A stretch of DNA of 54,192 nt, from positions 1 to 54,192 of the forward strand of contig CAZLJV010000001.1 of the NCBI GenBank assembly GCA_964559965.1, written 5' to 3'. Position numbers and translations under genes: made by a program. Below, piece by piece: positions 17,600 to 27,006 of the stretch (positions are counted from its first letter, which is position 1; each line of letters starts with the position of its first letter). The stretch is from an uncultured Oscillospiraceae bacterium (GTDB taxonomy: Bacteria > Bacillota > Clostridia > Peptostreptococcales > Anaerovoracaceae). Under the pieces are notes generated by a model. It worked only from the letters and a program-made list of their open reading frames with translations, made no database searches and was not told the DNA's origin.

Positions 17600-19054
17600 T
17601 TACTTCCAAGGACGACCAACCAGTCTGCCCTTGCTGATTGCATATACGTCATCGATTACCATCTGGAAAGATGCTTCACGGCCTTCAGCCTTAGCTCTTT
17701 CTTCGATCTTAGCACGGTTGAAGTCCTTCAGTGCCTTAGTCAGAGGCAGACCAGCAGGGTTCAGGATACGGATTGCGCCGTTGTTGTCACGAGCTGGCAG
17801 CATCTTGCCTGCGTTGAACTTGGATGGTGCGAATGGGATGTCGATAACGCCAGCCTGGAATGCACGAACAACACCAACAGCCAGGTCGCCATTACCCAGT
17901 TCGAAGCACTTGTCAACGATGCAGCGAGTTTCTGCGGAAATGATCATCATTTCTTCCAGTACGTTAGAAGTGTTGGACAGTTCCTGGTCTCCTAACATGT
18001 TGATGATCTGCTTAGTACAACGCAGACCTTCTGCATTTGCTTCCTTAGTAGGTACGCCCATAGCTTCGTGAGGAGTCTTAACGATAACCTTAGTAGCCTT
18101 GGACAGTGCTGCGATTGTGGAACCCCAAGAAATTACGGAGAATGCCTTAGCTTCGTCCTGAGGGAAACCACCCATCCACTGATGCAGAACTGTAGTTACT
18201 TCTACATCTGTGTAACCATACTTGTATAAATATTCTTCAGTCAGTGATGCCAGGGAACGAATTGCAGCTACGTCCTGAATCAGGTTACCGCACTGACCGT
18301 AACCTACAGTAACATTCTTTACGCCCTGTTCAGCAGCCAGCAGAGATTCAATGATAGCTACGGAGTGGGAAATACAAGGTGGAACCAGAGTACCAGTCAG
18401 AGGACCATATGGTTCACGGTTGATGCTTACGCCTGCTTCTTCATAGATACCAGTCAGACGGTCGCAGTACTGCCAGTCACGGATGGTCTTTTCTAACTGA
18501 ACATTCTTAGCATATGGAATGTTGTAGGAGATACCGCCACCTTCGTAGGAAGTGAAACCACCAGCATAGGAGATTTCAGTCAGCAGTCTAGCATCAGGTG
18601 TGCCGTGACGGATCTGAACAGGAGTGTTCAGTTCGTTGATGATGTCGCGGCAAGCGTCTACGCCGTGGTTAACAACAGGCAGACCATTAAGCATGGACTT
18701 GCTTTCACGAATGGATTCCTGAATACCTACTTCAGCTTCCTTATAACGGTTCTGTCTAGTATAGCTGTCGATTGTAGTTGGCAGCAGGTCAGCTTCACCC
18801 TTGTCCTGCAGGAAAGTCAGCAGGTCGATGTGATCCTTAACCAGAGCTACGCCGGCACGAGGCTGTACCAGAGTCTTGCCTTCTGCTTTAGCCTTAACCA
18901 GCTTCTTACCGAAGTTCTTGTGGTCAGGCAGGTTCTTGTGGAATTCTACTGCTTCATCGAAATTAACAGCAGCACCAGTCGGCCACTGAGTCAGAATCTC
19001 TTTCTGAAGGCCGTAAAATTCGTCGTTCGTCAGTTTTTTATTTTGCAGTTCCAT
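17600..19054 (-). CDS. glmE: glutamate mutase (methylaspartate mutase) epsilon/E subunit
   Basis: 484 aa, the typical GlmE/MutE length. Lies in the order S-L-E followed by mal, the classical clostridial arrangement. Confidence 0.9.
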   Translation of the reverse strand: MELQNKKLTNDEFYGLQKEILTQWPTGAAVNFDEAVEFHKNLPDHKNFGKKLVKAKAEGKTLVQPRAGVALVKDHIDLLTFLQDKGEADLLPTTIDSYTRQNRYKEAEVGIQESIRESKSMLNGLPVVNHGVDACRDIINELNTPVQIRHGTPDARLLTEISYAGGFTSYEGGGISYNIPYAKNVQLEKTIRDWQYCDRLTGIYEEAGVSINREPYGPLTGTLVPPCISHSVAIIESLLAAEQGVKNVTVGYGQCGNLIQDVAAIRSLASLTEEYLYKYGYTDVEVTTVLHQWMGGFPQDEAKAFSVISWGSTIAALSKATKVIVKTPHEAMGVPTKEANAEGLRCTKQIINMLGDQELSNTSNVLEEMMIISAETRCIVDKCFELGNGDLAVGVVRAFQAGVIDIPFAPSKFNAGKMLPARDNNGAIRILNPAGLPLTKALKDFNRAKIEERAKAEGREASFQMVIDDVYAISKGRLVGRPWK

Positions 19055-20459
19055 AGGATATTAACTCCTTTTTCATAATCTTTAATGCGATGTCAGGCTC
19101 ATACTGGCTTAAAAGCCCCATGGCTGACAGAATGTATTGTTTATCGACTAACACCTCAGCATTCTGCGGTTTAAGCGATGCTGATTCAGCTATGTCATAG
19201 AGTGCGTGAGAAGCGATTTCTCTTACGCTGTCAGGTTCACCGTGGATTAAAGAACCACCGGTGATAATAATTTTTCCAACTCGGGAAAGATCCTTACCAG
19301 CTTGTACCCAAGCCTCACCCATAGGGGTGTAAACTTTTTCGATAGTACCAGCGTGACGGGTCAATCCTGTTTTCACTGCCATAGAGGCAAGTGCTTTATC
19401 GAATGCCTTCAGCTCATCTGTGTCAGGCATTGTGCTGGTGTCTTCTGTAATCTGTTCGAGAAGCTCCCAACATCTGTCTTCATCAATGCCGGAGATTAAA
19501 CTGATTCGCTTCATGCCAGCAGCTTCGACGATTCCGGATGCACTGTAGCGCATACCTATGTCGCCTTCCACAGTTCTCTTAGCAAAAGGTTCTGGCAGGC
19601 CTTTAAGCACTGTGCCGGCTCTGTCTGGTGCACCGTCTGTCATAGAGTACACATCTGTGGTAGCTCCACCGACGTCGACTGCAACCAGTTCGCCGAAACC
19701 TTTCTTTTCGGGATCTGTGCTGAATTCGTCAGTTCCCTTAGACAGAAGTTCCATAGCTGCAAGTACTGCAGCTGGAGTAGGCATCATAATTCCAGAAATC
19801 AACTGGCTAGCCTGAGAAAGTCCCTTAGCTTTAATGATGCGGTCCAAGAAAATCGAACGAATCTTTTCCTGTGCGGGTTGAATGTTCAAGTCGTTAAACT
19901 TAGGCATTACGTTTTCGGTGACGAGAACCTGTTTGCCTGCCTCTTCCAGAATCGTACGGCATGTCTTAGCTGCGGCACGGTTTCCTGCAATCAGAATAGG
20001 GAAGTTCAGCGGAATTTCTGCCAGAACCTTAGCGTTCTGAATTATGTTATCCTTGTTTCCGCCATCTGTTCCGCCTGTCAGCAGGAAGATGTCTGGTTTG
20101 AGTGACAGGATTTCCTCAGCATCGTCCTCTGTCAGCTCGTAAGAATAGGTTTTCATTACTTTGGCACCTGCACCCAGAGCAGCCTGTCGAGCTGCTTCTG
20201 CGGTTAGCTCAGGAACCAGACCACTGGCAATCATCTTTAGACCACCAGCTGCACTGGAACAAGCATATTTAGCCGTGTAATCCAGCTCACCGCCCAGTTT
20301 TTCATGAAGTTTAGATAATGCTTTTTCTAAACCATCATTTATATCTGTCTGAATAGTGGTGTAGCTGGCTGCAGTGCCCAGAAGCTCGCAGGCCTCTAAA
20401 TCTACCGCAGTAACCTTGGTATTGGTGCTGCCAAAGTCAATCATCAGAATCGGTTTCAT
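19038..20459 (-). CDS. glmL: glutamate mutase-associated MutL/GlmL protein (ASKHA-fold, putative reactivase/chaperone)
   Basis: 473 aa. N-terminal [12 protein letters not shown] and internal VDVGGATTD actin-like ATPase motifs. Positioned between the S and E subunit genes. Confidence 0.85.
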   Translation of the reverse strand: MKPILMIDFGSTNTKVTAVDLEACELLGTAASYTTIQTDINDGLEKALSKLHEKLGGELDYTAKYACSSAAGGLKMIASGLVPELTAEAARQAALGAGAKVMKTYSYELTEDDAEEILSLKPDIFLLTGGTDGGNKDNIIQNAKVLAEIPLNFPILIAGNRAAAKTCRTILEEAGKQVLVTENVMPKFNDLNIQPAQEKIRSIFLDRIIKAKGLSQASQLISGIMMPTPAAVLAAMELLSKGTDEFSTDPEKKGFGELVAVDVGGATTDVYSMTDGAPDRAGTVLKGLPEPFAKRTVEGDIGMRYSASGIVEAAGMKRISLISGIDEDRCWELLEQITEDTSTMPDTDELKAFDKALASMAVKTGLTRHAGTIEKVYTPMGEAWVQAGKDLSRVGKIIITGGSLIHGEPDSVREIASHALYDIAESASLKPQNAEVLVDKQYILSAMGLLSQYEPDIALKIMKKELISYGTAK

Positions 20460-20472
20460 CAGTTCACCGTTC

Positions 20473-20889
20473 CTATTCCATCTTGAAGTCTTCTCTCAGG
20501 CACTGAATAGTTTCTTCTGGTGCAGTACCAGGTCCGAATACTCTATCAAAGCCCATCTTCTTGAATCTAACTTCTACTTCATTGAATGGCTGCTTGCCGA
20601 CTACGATGTTTCCGCCAACATACAGCAGAATGTCTTTCAGACCTGCTTCGTTGCACTTTTCTCTCAGTCCGCGGCAGTCCAGTTCGCCATGGCCATACAG
20701 GGAAGATACCATGATTGCATCAGCAGCAGTTTCAGTTGCAGCTGCGATGAATTCTTCCTGTGATACCATAACACCAAGGTTGGTAACTTCGAAACCAGCT
20801 TCTGCAAATGCATGATCCAGAATCTGAATTCCAACCGCATGTACATCGGCACCAATTACGCCGATGACTAACTTCTTTTTGTTCTCCAT
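20473..20889 (-). CDS. glmS: glutamate mutase sigma/S subunit (B12-binding)
   Basis: 138 aa from [20 protein letters not shown]. It has the DxHxxG base-off/His-on cobalamin-binding motif. An RBS (AGAGG) precedes this ATG; the track start at 20913 is probably too far upstream. Confidence 0.9.
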   Translation of the reverse strand: MENKKKLVIGVIGADVHAVGIQILDHAFAEAGFEVTNLGVMVSQEEFIAAATETAADAIMVSSLYGHGELDCRGLREKCNEAGLKDILLYVGGNIVVGKQPFNEVEVRFKKMGFDRVFGPGTAPEETIQCLREDFKME

Positions 20890-20953
20890 ATCTTTTACCT
20901 CTCGCTTGCGCATTATTTTAAAATAGTATATGCGATAATGTATTATATCTATT

Positions 20954-20982
20954 ATAATACATTGTTATAACTCAATCGTCAA
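20954..20982 (-). promoter_or_regulatory. candidate promoter of the glmS-citX operon with an operator-like palindrome in the spacer
   Basis: On the minus strand: TTGACG (20977-20982), 17-nt spacer, TATTAT (20954-20959). The spacer contains ATTGAGTTATAACAATG, with the perfect palindrome GTTATAAC. Confidence 0.45.
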
Positions 20983-21112
20983 CTGATTTTATTGTACTAA
21001 AAAAGTTTTTCTTGTACAAATAATTTTTAAGGAACATTTTCCATACAATCTGCTCTAAGTTTTCGGGTTGAAATCTATGAACAATTGATGTAATATAATA
21101 GTAAGAATGTAC

Positions 21113-21136
21113 TATAACAATATCTCAATTGTTATA
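21113..21136. promoter_or_regulatory. inverted repeat TATAACAAT-N6-ATTGTTATA (candidate operator)
   Basis: 9-bp perfect arms at 21113-21121 and 21128-21136. It lies 14 nt downstream of a TATAAT hexamer (21094-21099) and 23 nt upstream of the P-loop gene ATG. It shares the ATTGTTATAA word with 20961-20970. Confidence 0.45.
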
Positions 21137-21158
21137 AGATTTATACATGGAGGCGCTT

Positions 21159-22094
21159 ATGTCATATCAATATTTAGAACATAATACCCATCCTAACCAT
21201 TTATATAGCGTATTTTTCGCACCTCGCGGAAATGCTCGTATGCTTCGTTTAGGTATGGAAATCGCACAGCAGTACTTGAGTCCTTTCGATTTGCTCATCG
21301 GAATTATCGGGGAAGCCGGTTCAGGTAAGAGCATGATCGTAAAAGGAATGTTTCCTGGACTTGACTTATGCAATGATGACAGCGGTGTAAATATCAGACC
21401 ACTGCCGCTTCTCAGTGTAGATGAAGATGAAGGGTTTTATGCACCACATACATATCATGTAGATATGCGTTTTGAGATGGCATTCACTCAGATTCATGTA
21501 CTTGCAGATGCTGTGCAGACTGCAATCAAGAAGGGACGCAGAGTAATCGTTGAACATTTCGAGCTGCTGTATCCGTTCTTAAATATGAACGCACAGCTGC
21601 TTATCGGAGTGGGAGAAGAAATCATGGTAACCAGACCTACAATGTTCGGTCCGCTTCCTGATGACATAGCTAAGATTGTGCATGCATCGGTAACTTATCG
21701 TAAGATGGCTCATACGGCTGAAGATTTGACCGAATACTGTCTGCCGGAAGAACTGCTTAAGAAATGTACACACGGTGATGTTAAGCACGGATTTTGCTTG
21801 GAATTCGATGAGAAACCTGATTTCGATATCAAAGCACTTCAGGCTCAGGTGGAAGATCTCATAAAGAAGGATATACCTATTTCTTACTATGACGAAGACC
21901 ATATTTCAATCGGAGGTTCGGTCCATCCTTGTACTGGGCCGAGAATTCATGTCAGATCAACTGGCGAAATTGAAAACTTCAGACTGCTTAGAGAAGTTTT
22001 CTTCGATTCTATTAAGGAAAAATATATCGTAATCGGTCTGGTTGGAGAACGTCGTGAAAAGAATACGGATGATCTGAACCGCATCGAATTTTAA
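21159..22094 (+). CDS. P-loop NTPase-like protein of unknown function
   Basis: 311 aa from MSYQYLEH (GGAGG lies 5 nt upstream; the track ORF starts 12 nt earlier). Walker A GIIGEAGSGKS and a possible Walker B RRVIVEHFE are present. I recognise no other family signature. It is the first gene of the operon with the two hydratase subunits. Confidence 0.6.
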   Translation: MSYQYLEHNTHPNHLYSVFFAPRGNARMLRLGMEIAQQYLSPFDLLIGIIGEAGSGKSMIVKGMFPGLDLCNDDSGVNIRPLPLLSVDEDEGFYAPHTYHVDMRFEMAFTQIHVLADAVQTAIKKGRRVIVEHFELLYPFLNMNAQLLIGVGEEIMVTRPTMFGPLPDDIAKIVHASVTYRKMAHTAEDLTEYCLPEELLKKCTHGDVKHGFCLEFDEKPDFDIKALQAQVEDLIKKDIPISYYDEDHISIGGSVHPCTGPRIHVRSTGEIENFRLLREVFFDSIKEKYIVIGLVGERREKNTDDLNRIEF

Positions 22095-22140
22095 TAGGGA
22101 TTTTTAATATTGAGTATCATAATTATGGAGGATATATAAG

Positions 22141-22980
22141 ATGAAAGAAATTAATGCAGCTGAGATTACGAAAATCGTTCGTGACCTTTGTATTGAAGCT
22201 AACTGTCACCTGCCAGGCGATGTGAAAGATGCAATCACTTCTTGCCATGCATGTGAACCGTTCCCAATTGCACAGACTGTACTTGGAAAAATCGAAGAGA
22301 ATTTCCAGATTGCAGATGAAGACAATGTACCAATCTGTCAGGACACTGGTTTAGCATGTGTTTTCTTAGAAATCGGACAGGACGTGCATATCAATGGCAA
22401 CTTAAAAGATGCGGTAGATGAAGGCGTGCGTCAGGGATATGTAGAAGGTTTTCTGCGTAAGTCCTGCGTAAAGGATCCAATCGACAGAGTAAATACTGGC
22501 GATAATACACCTGCTGTATTATACACTGAGCTGGTTCCTGGGGATCAGATTAAGATTACAGTTGCTCCTAAGGGATTTGGTTCCGAAAACATGAGCCAGA
22601 TTAAGATGCTGAAACCTTCCGATGGTCTGCAGGGTGTTAAGGACTTCATAGTTAAGGTTGTAGAAGATGCTGGCCCTAATCCATGTCCACCAATCGTAGT
22701 AGGTGTGGGCCTGGGCGGAACCTTCGACAAGGCAGCATACCTGGCTAAGAAGGCTTTGATGCGTCCTGTAGATGAACGCAGCAGCAATCCTTTCTATGCA
22801 GATTTAGAAAAAGAAATGCTGGAAAAGATAAATGCACTGGGAATCGGGCCTCAGGGCTTCGGTGGTCAGACGACTGCACTGGCTGTAAATATTGAAACAC
22901 TGCCTACGCATATCGCTGGTCTGCCATGTGCTGTAAACATCAACTGTCATGTAACTCGTCATAAGTCTGCTGTCATTTAG
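22141..22980 (+). CDS. Fe-S type hydro-lyase alpha subunit (class I fumarate hydratase/tartrate dehydratase family); predicted mesaconase alpha
   Basis: 279 aa. Contains the ICQDTG cluster-ligand motif and GVGLGGT. Followed by the beta subunit gene. Confidence 0.85.
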   Translation: MKEINAAEITKIVRDLCIEANCHLPGDVKDAITSCHACEPFPIAQTVLGKIEENFQIADEDNVPICQDTGLACVFLEIGQDVHINGNLKDAVDEGVRQGYVEGFLRKSCVKDPIDRVNTGDNTPAVLYTELVPGDQIKITVAPKGFGSENMSQIKMLKPSDGLQGVKDFIVKVVEDAGPNPCPPIVVGVGLGGTFDKAAYLAKKALMRPVDERSSNPFYADLEKEMLEKINALGIGPQGFGGQTTALAVNIETLPTHIAGLPCAVNINCHVTRHKSAVI

Positions 22981-22992
22981 GAGGATATAAAT

Positions 22993-23550
22993 ATGGAAAA
23001 GAAAATTACGACACCTCTGACTGTCGAAAAAACTCGTGATTTACACTGCGGAGATAATGTACTCATCAGCGGTGTGATTTATACAGGAAGAGATGCTGCA
23101 CATAAGAGACTTTGTGAACTGCTTGCTGAAGGTAAGGAGCTGCCAATCGATGTAACAGATGCTATCATCTATTATGTAGGTCCAGCGCCAGCACAGCCTG
23201 GTCAGGTCATCGGTTCTGCAGGTCCAACTACAAGCTATCGTATGGACGCTTATGCTCCTGATCTGCTGAATATCGGTTTGAAAGGCATGATCGGAAAGGG
23301 TAAGCGCTCTCCTGAAGTGGTTGATGCCATGAAGAAGAATGGTGCAGTTTACTTCGGTGCTATCGGCGGTGCAGGTGCGCTCTTGGCTAAGTGCATTAAG
23401 AAAGCAGAAGTAGTTGCTTATGAAGATTTAGGCGCTGAAGCTATTCGCCGCCTTGAAGTTGAAAATCTTCCAGCTGTAGTAATCATCGATTCCGAAGGCA
23501 ATAATCTGTATGAACAGGGTCGTGCGGAATATCTGGCAGGGAACAAATAG
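22993..23550 (+). CDS. Fe-S type hydro-lyase beta subunit; predicted mesaconase beta
   Basis: 185 aa. Motifs GVIYTGRDAAHKRL, GPTTSYRMD and GKGKR are typical of the class I fumarase C-terminal domain. Confidence 0.85.
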   Translation: MEKKITTPLTVEKTRDLHCGDNVLISGVIYTGRDAAHKRLCELLAEGKELPIDVTDAIIYYVGPAPAQPGQVIGSAGPTTSYRMDAYAPDLLNIGLKGMIGKGKRSPEVVDAMKKNGAVYFGAIGGAGALLAKCIKKAEVVAYEDLGAEAIRRLEVENLPAVVIIDSEGNNLYEQGRAEYLAGNK

Positions 23551-23553
23551 ACA

Positions 23554-24543
23554 ATGCGTTACGAGATTGATCCGAAAAACGATTTGCCAATTTACAGACA
23601 GATCGCAGCGGGGATTTTGAAGGATATAAAAACCGGAGTGCTGCCTGCTGGCGTAAAGCTGCCGACGGTACGTGAGCTTGCTGAAGAAACAGGTCTGTCT
23701 CAGGGAACTATTAAGCATGCCTATGATTATTTAGAGTCGCAAGATGCAGTCGAAATGACTCAGGGAAAGGGAACTTTCGTTCGAAGCCAGCAGAATTTCG
23801 ATGCAGTCAGCCGCAAAGATCAGGCTATGACGGCTATAGACAATCTTTTTTGTGAGCTTGAGGATTTAGGTTTTACACCTCGTGAGATGGAAATCTATAT
23901 AAATCTGAAACTGCACGGTTTAGAAGAGCGATACGACTTAGTGAAGGTTGCAGTTATAGACTGCAATCCTGAGACTTTGCAGAGAATGGAGAGCCAGCTG
24001 TCGCAGATTAATTATGCGCAGGTTGCTATCTTTTCTCTGGCCCAGATTGCGGAAATTGCTGATAAACTGAACAGTGATTATGATGTGATTCTGACTACTT
24101 CTACTCACTTTGCTGAGGTTGAACCGTATATTCACGATAAACAAAAATTCGGAATGATGGCTATGATGCCTTCTGTGGAAACTATTATGAAGCTGGCTAA
24201 GCTTTCACCTGAGTGCGAAGGTGGAATACTTTGTGCAAGCGACAACTTCGCAGGCGTGATTCGCAAAAATTGTGCTGACATGGGTACATGGAGTGAGTTT
24301 ATACCTGTTCATCTCTTTGGAAGTGGAAATGATGTTCTGTCATCATTTTTGGAGAATAAGACTGTAGTGATTCTGCCGAAAAACTACGAGGTGTTCGCAT
24401 CATCTGGGGAAAGACAGATTTTGCAAAGCTTCCAGGCATCAGGCGGTGTGCTGCTGAGTTACGATTATACTATTGACCGTGGATCGCTGCTTTATGTAGA
24501 AAATATGATTAAAAAAGTCATGAACACAAAGCGGAGTGTTTAA
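23554..24543 (+). CDS. GntR family transcriptional regulator with a C-terminal effector-binding domain
   Basis: 329 aa. N-terminal winged-HTH LPTVRELAEETGLSQGTIKHAYDYLESQDAVEMTQGKGTFV. Starts 4 nt after the hydratase beta stop. Confidence 0.85.
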   Translation: MRYEIDPKNDLPIYRQIAAGILKDIKTGVLPAGVKLPTVRELAEETGLSQGTIKHAYDYLESQDAVEMTQGKGTFVRSQQNFDAVSRKDQAMTAIDNLFCELEDLGFTPREMEIYINLKLHGLEERYDLVKVAVIDCNPETLQRMESQLSQINYAQVAIFSLAQIAEIADKLNSDYDVILTTSTHFAEVEPYIHDKQKFGMMAMMPSVETIMKLAKLSPECEGGILCASDNFAGVIRKNCADMGTWSEFIPVHLFGSGNDVLSSFLENKTVVILPKNYEVFASSGERQILQSFQASGGVLLSYDYTIDRGSLLYVENMIKKVMNTKRSV

Positions 24544-24553
24544 TTCTTTCTCC

Positions 24554-24582
24554 TTGCGAAAGCGTGTCATGAAGCGTATAAT
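24554..24582 (+). promoter_or_regulatory. sigma-A type promoter
   Basis: TTGCGA (24554-24559), 17-nt spacer, TATAAT (24577-24582). It lies about 50 nt upstream of the ATG at 24632. Confidence 0.5.
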
Positions 24583-24631
24583 ATATAGGTAAGACACCGC
24601 AGATTAAGGGTGAGAAAAAGAGGTATGAAAT

Positions 24632-25183
24632 ATGTTTTATGAAATGGAGATTGCGGGACTGAAGAGACAGCTTCCGCTGTGCCCGGTGACAGATGATTTA
24701 TATATCGGTGCGTTCATTATGTTCGGCGATGTGGATATCACAGTGGCTGCAGCTGAGGAACTGCTGAAGAAGGCACCTGAATTCGATGTTATCGTAACAG
24801 CTGAATCCAAGGGTATCCCACTGGCTCATGAAATGGCTCGTCAGGCTAACCATGCTGATTATGTGGTTGCGCGCAAGGGTGCCAAGTTATATATGAAAAA
24901 CATTATTGAGACTGAAGTTGATTCAATTACTACTGACCACATTCAGACTTTGTGCATCGGTCAGGATGAGGCTGATATGCTTTGCGGCCGCAGAGTTCTG
25001 ATTGTAGATGATGTTATCAGCACCGGTGAATCTCTGAAGTCTATCGAAAAGCTGGTAGACCAGGTTGGTGGAAATATCGTGGGTCGCATGGCTGTTTTAG
25101 CAGAAGGCGAAGCGGCTGACCGTGACGATATTCTCTTCTTGGAAAAACTGCCTTTATTTAATGCTGACGGTACGGTGAAGTAG
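24632..25183 (+). CDS. phosphoribosyltransferase family protein (adenine/purine PRT-like)
   Basis: 183 aa. PRPP-binding motif VLIVDDVISTGES. Confidence 0.7.
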   Translation: MFYEMEIAGLKRQLPLCPVTDDLYIGAFIMFGDVDITVAAAEELLKKAPEFDVIVTAESKGIPLAHEMARQANHADYVVARKGAKLYMKNIIETEVDSITTDHIQTLCIGQDEADMLCGRRVLIVDDVISTGESLKSIEKLVDQVGGNIVGRMAVLAEGEAADRDDILFLEKLPLFNADGTVK

Positions 25184-25184
25184 G

Positions 25185-25862
25185 GTGCGGCTTGTAAAAA
25201 AGCTGATTGCGCTATGTCTTTTAGTCTGTATGACCTGGGTTGGTCTTACGGTTTGGAGTGGCTGGAAGATGTATCAGGCTGCGCTGGAGGAGTTGCCTTT
25301 GGAAGATAAGGTTGCGTCCATTGTATCTCAAGAGAATTATACATCTCTGTCTGGATTGCCGGCGACTTATTTAGATGCTGTGCTTGCTGCGGAAGACAGA
25401 AGCTTTTACACCCATCATGGAATCAGTCTTCGTTCTACTGGGCGTGCAGTTGTGCGCAATTTTCAGGAGGGCGAAGTAGTGGAAGGCGGAAGCACCATTA
25501 CTCAGCAGCTGGCGAAGTTATGGTACTTCGAACTTGACCGCAAGTATGACCGAAAGGTTGCAGAACTACTGATGGCTTTTAAGATTGAGAAGCATTACAG
25601 CAAAGAAGAGATTTTGGAATTTTATTTTAATTCCATATATTTCGGTTCGGGATATTATACTGTTTACGATGCGTCCATGGGATATTTCGGAGTTGTGCCT
25701 GCTGATATGAACGATTATCAGGCGACTATGCTGGCTGGGATTCCCAATGCGCCGTCGGTATATTCTCCAGATGTGAATCCGGACTTAGCCGAGCAGCGAA
25801 GACAGCAGGTTATTCACTGTATGGAGCTGTATGGATATATTGAAGAGGGCGAAATTCAATAA
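25185..25862 (+). CDS. monofunctional peptidoglycan glycosyltransferase (GT51)
   Basis: 225 aa with a GTG start and an N-terminal TM segment. GT51 motifs AAEDRSFYTHHGIS and GGSTITQQLAK are present. Confidence 0.85.
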   Translation: MRLVKKLIALCLLVCMTWVGLTVWSGWKMYQAALEELPLEDKVASIVSQENYTSLSGLPATYLDAVLAAEDRSFYTHHGISLRSTGRAVVRNFQEGEVVEGGSTITQQLAKLWYFELDRKYDRKVAELLMAFKIEKHYSKEEILEFYFNSIYFGSGYYTVYDASMGYFGVVPADMNDYQATMLAGIPNAPSVYSPDVNPDLAEQRRQQVIHCMELYGYIEEGEIQ

Positions 25863-25906
25863 AACTTAAGATTGACCCAATTATGGCATGGGTGACATAC
25901 GAAATC

Positions 25907-25950
25907 ATAGCACATCAAGTAGCTGATATGGCTGCCTGATGTGCTATTTT
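25907..25950. terminator. hairpin terminator between convergent genes
   Basis: ATAGCACATCA (25907-25917) pairs with TGATGTGCTAT (25937-25947) and is followed by TTTT. Confidence 0.55.
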
Positions 25951-25973
25951 AGTCTTATAGATAGACGATTTGG

Positions 25974-26792
25974 CTACCATTTCCTGACAGAAACCTCGCC
26001 TGAGGTGATGGTTTCAATCTCTCCGCTGTGCGGTCCTTCTAAATATTTTACGACTAAGCCGCCATTGATGTCGATATCGATGGCATAAGCCTTGATTCCG
26101 CCAGAAGTATTTCGGTCAGGCGACTGACCGGCGATTTGCTTATATATGGTAATCTGCTCGCCGAGAATGAACGAACGACTTTTGTACTCGTCGATTATCT
26201 TACTGGTGTCAGGCTCTTGCATGCATTCAAAGAACTGGTTCACAATCTCCGCTGCCAGCTCCTCTCTGGTGAATTCATACAGAGGATTTTCAATATGTGC
26301 AGCGATTTCTTTCAAGTCATCAGGCATGTCTGCATCGAAGCAGTTCACGCCGATTCCCAGCAAAATCTTATCAATGTTTCCGGTTTTCGGATTAGCCTGG
26401 GCTTCTGTCATTATGCCGCAGATTTTCTTTTCATTCAGATAGATGTCGTTTACCCACTTAATCTTAGGTTCAAGTCCTGTTACTGTCTCTATGGCACGGC
26501 AGACTGCAAGTGCTGCAAATGGAGTTATCAGCATTAAGCGCTGCAAGTCGAAATTTGGACGAAATACCAGTGTCATATAAAGGCCGGCAGCTGGCGGCGA
26601 CCAGAAACTGCGTCCCAGTCTGCCTCGTCCATTAGTCTGTTCATTGGCTATTATCAAATATGGTTTTTCTGCTACATCACTGGCATCGAGCTGGCGAGCA
26701 ACTCTGTTGGTGGAGTCTAAAATGTCATAAACTTGTACGCAGCATGGCTGGTGAAGTGCTTTTTCTAAATATTCCTCATATTCCTTGGTCAT
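25974..26792 (-). CDS. birA: biotin--[acetyl-CoA-carboxylase] ligase (class I, no HTH domain)
   Basis: 272 aa. Signature GRGRLGRSFWSP and KWVNDI. Confidence 0.9.
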   Translation of the reverse strand: MTKEYEEYLEKALHQPCCVQVYDILDSTNRVARQLDASDVAEKPYLIIANEQTNGRGRLGRSFWSPPAAGLYMTLVFRPNFDLQRLMLITPFAALAVCRAIETVTGLEPKIKWVNDIYLNEKKICGIMTEAQANPKTGNIDKILLGIGVNCFDADMPDDLKEIAAHIENPLYEFTREELAAEIVNQFFECMQEPDTSKIIDEYKSRSFILGEQITIYKQIAGQSPDRNTSGGIKAYAIDIDINGGLVVKYLEGPHSGEIETITSGEVSVRKW

Positions 26793-26831
26793 AGGTGTAT
26801 CCTTTTCGATATTTTTGGTTCATCAGCCTAA

Positions 26832-26860
26832 ATTATACTTGGGAGAAGGCTGGGAGTCAA
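26832..26860 (-). promoter_or_regulatory. near-consensus sigma-A promoter for birA
   Basis: On the minus strand: TTGACT (26855-26860), 17-nt spacer, TATAAT (26832-26837). Confidence 0.55.
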
Positions 26861-26932
26861 CTGAAAGTGGGAGGGGAGAGAAGGCGTGGTGATTAGATTT
26901 TGCGAAGAATCTGTGAAGAACCGCGGTATGCT

Positions 26933-26961
26933 TTGATTTTAGTGCGGTTGTATGGTAGAAT
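26933..26961 (+). promoter_or_regulatory. sigma-A promoter for the CNNM-family gene
   Basis: TTGATT (26933-26938), 17-nt spacer, TAGAAT (26956-26961) with an upstream TGn. Confidence 0.5.
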
Positions 26962-27006
26962 AAAGAGTATGTGAGATTCAATTTAACTTAAAAATGGAGG
27001 AACTTT

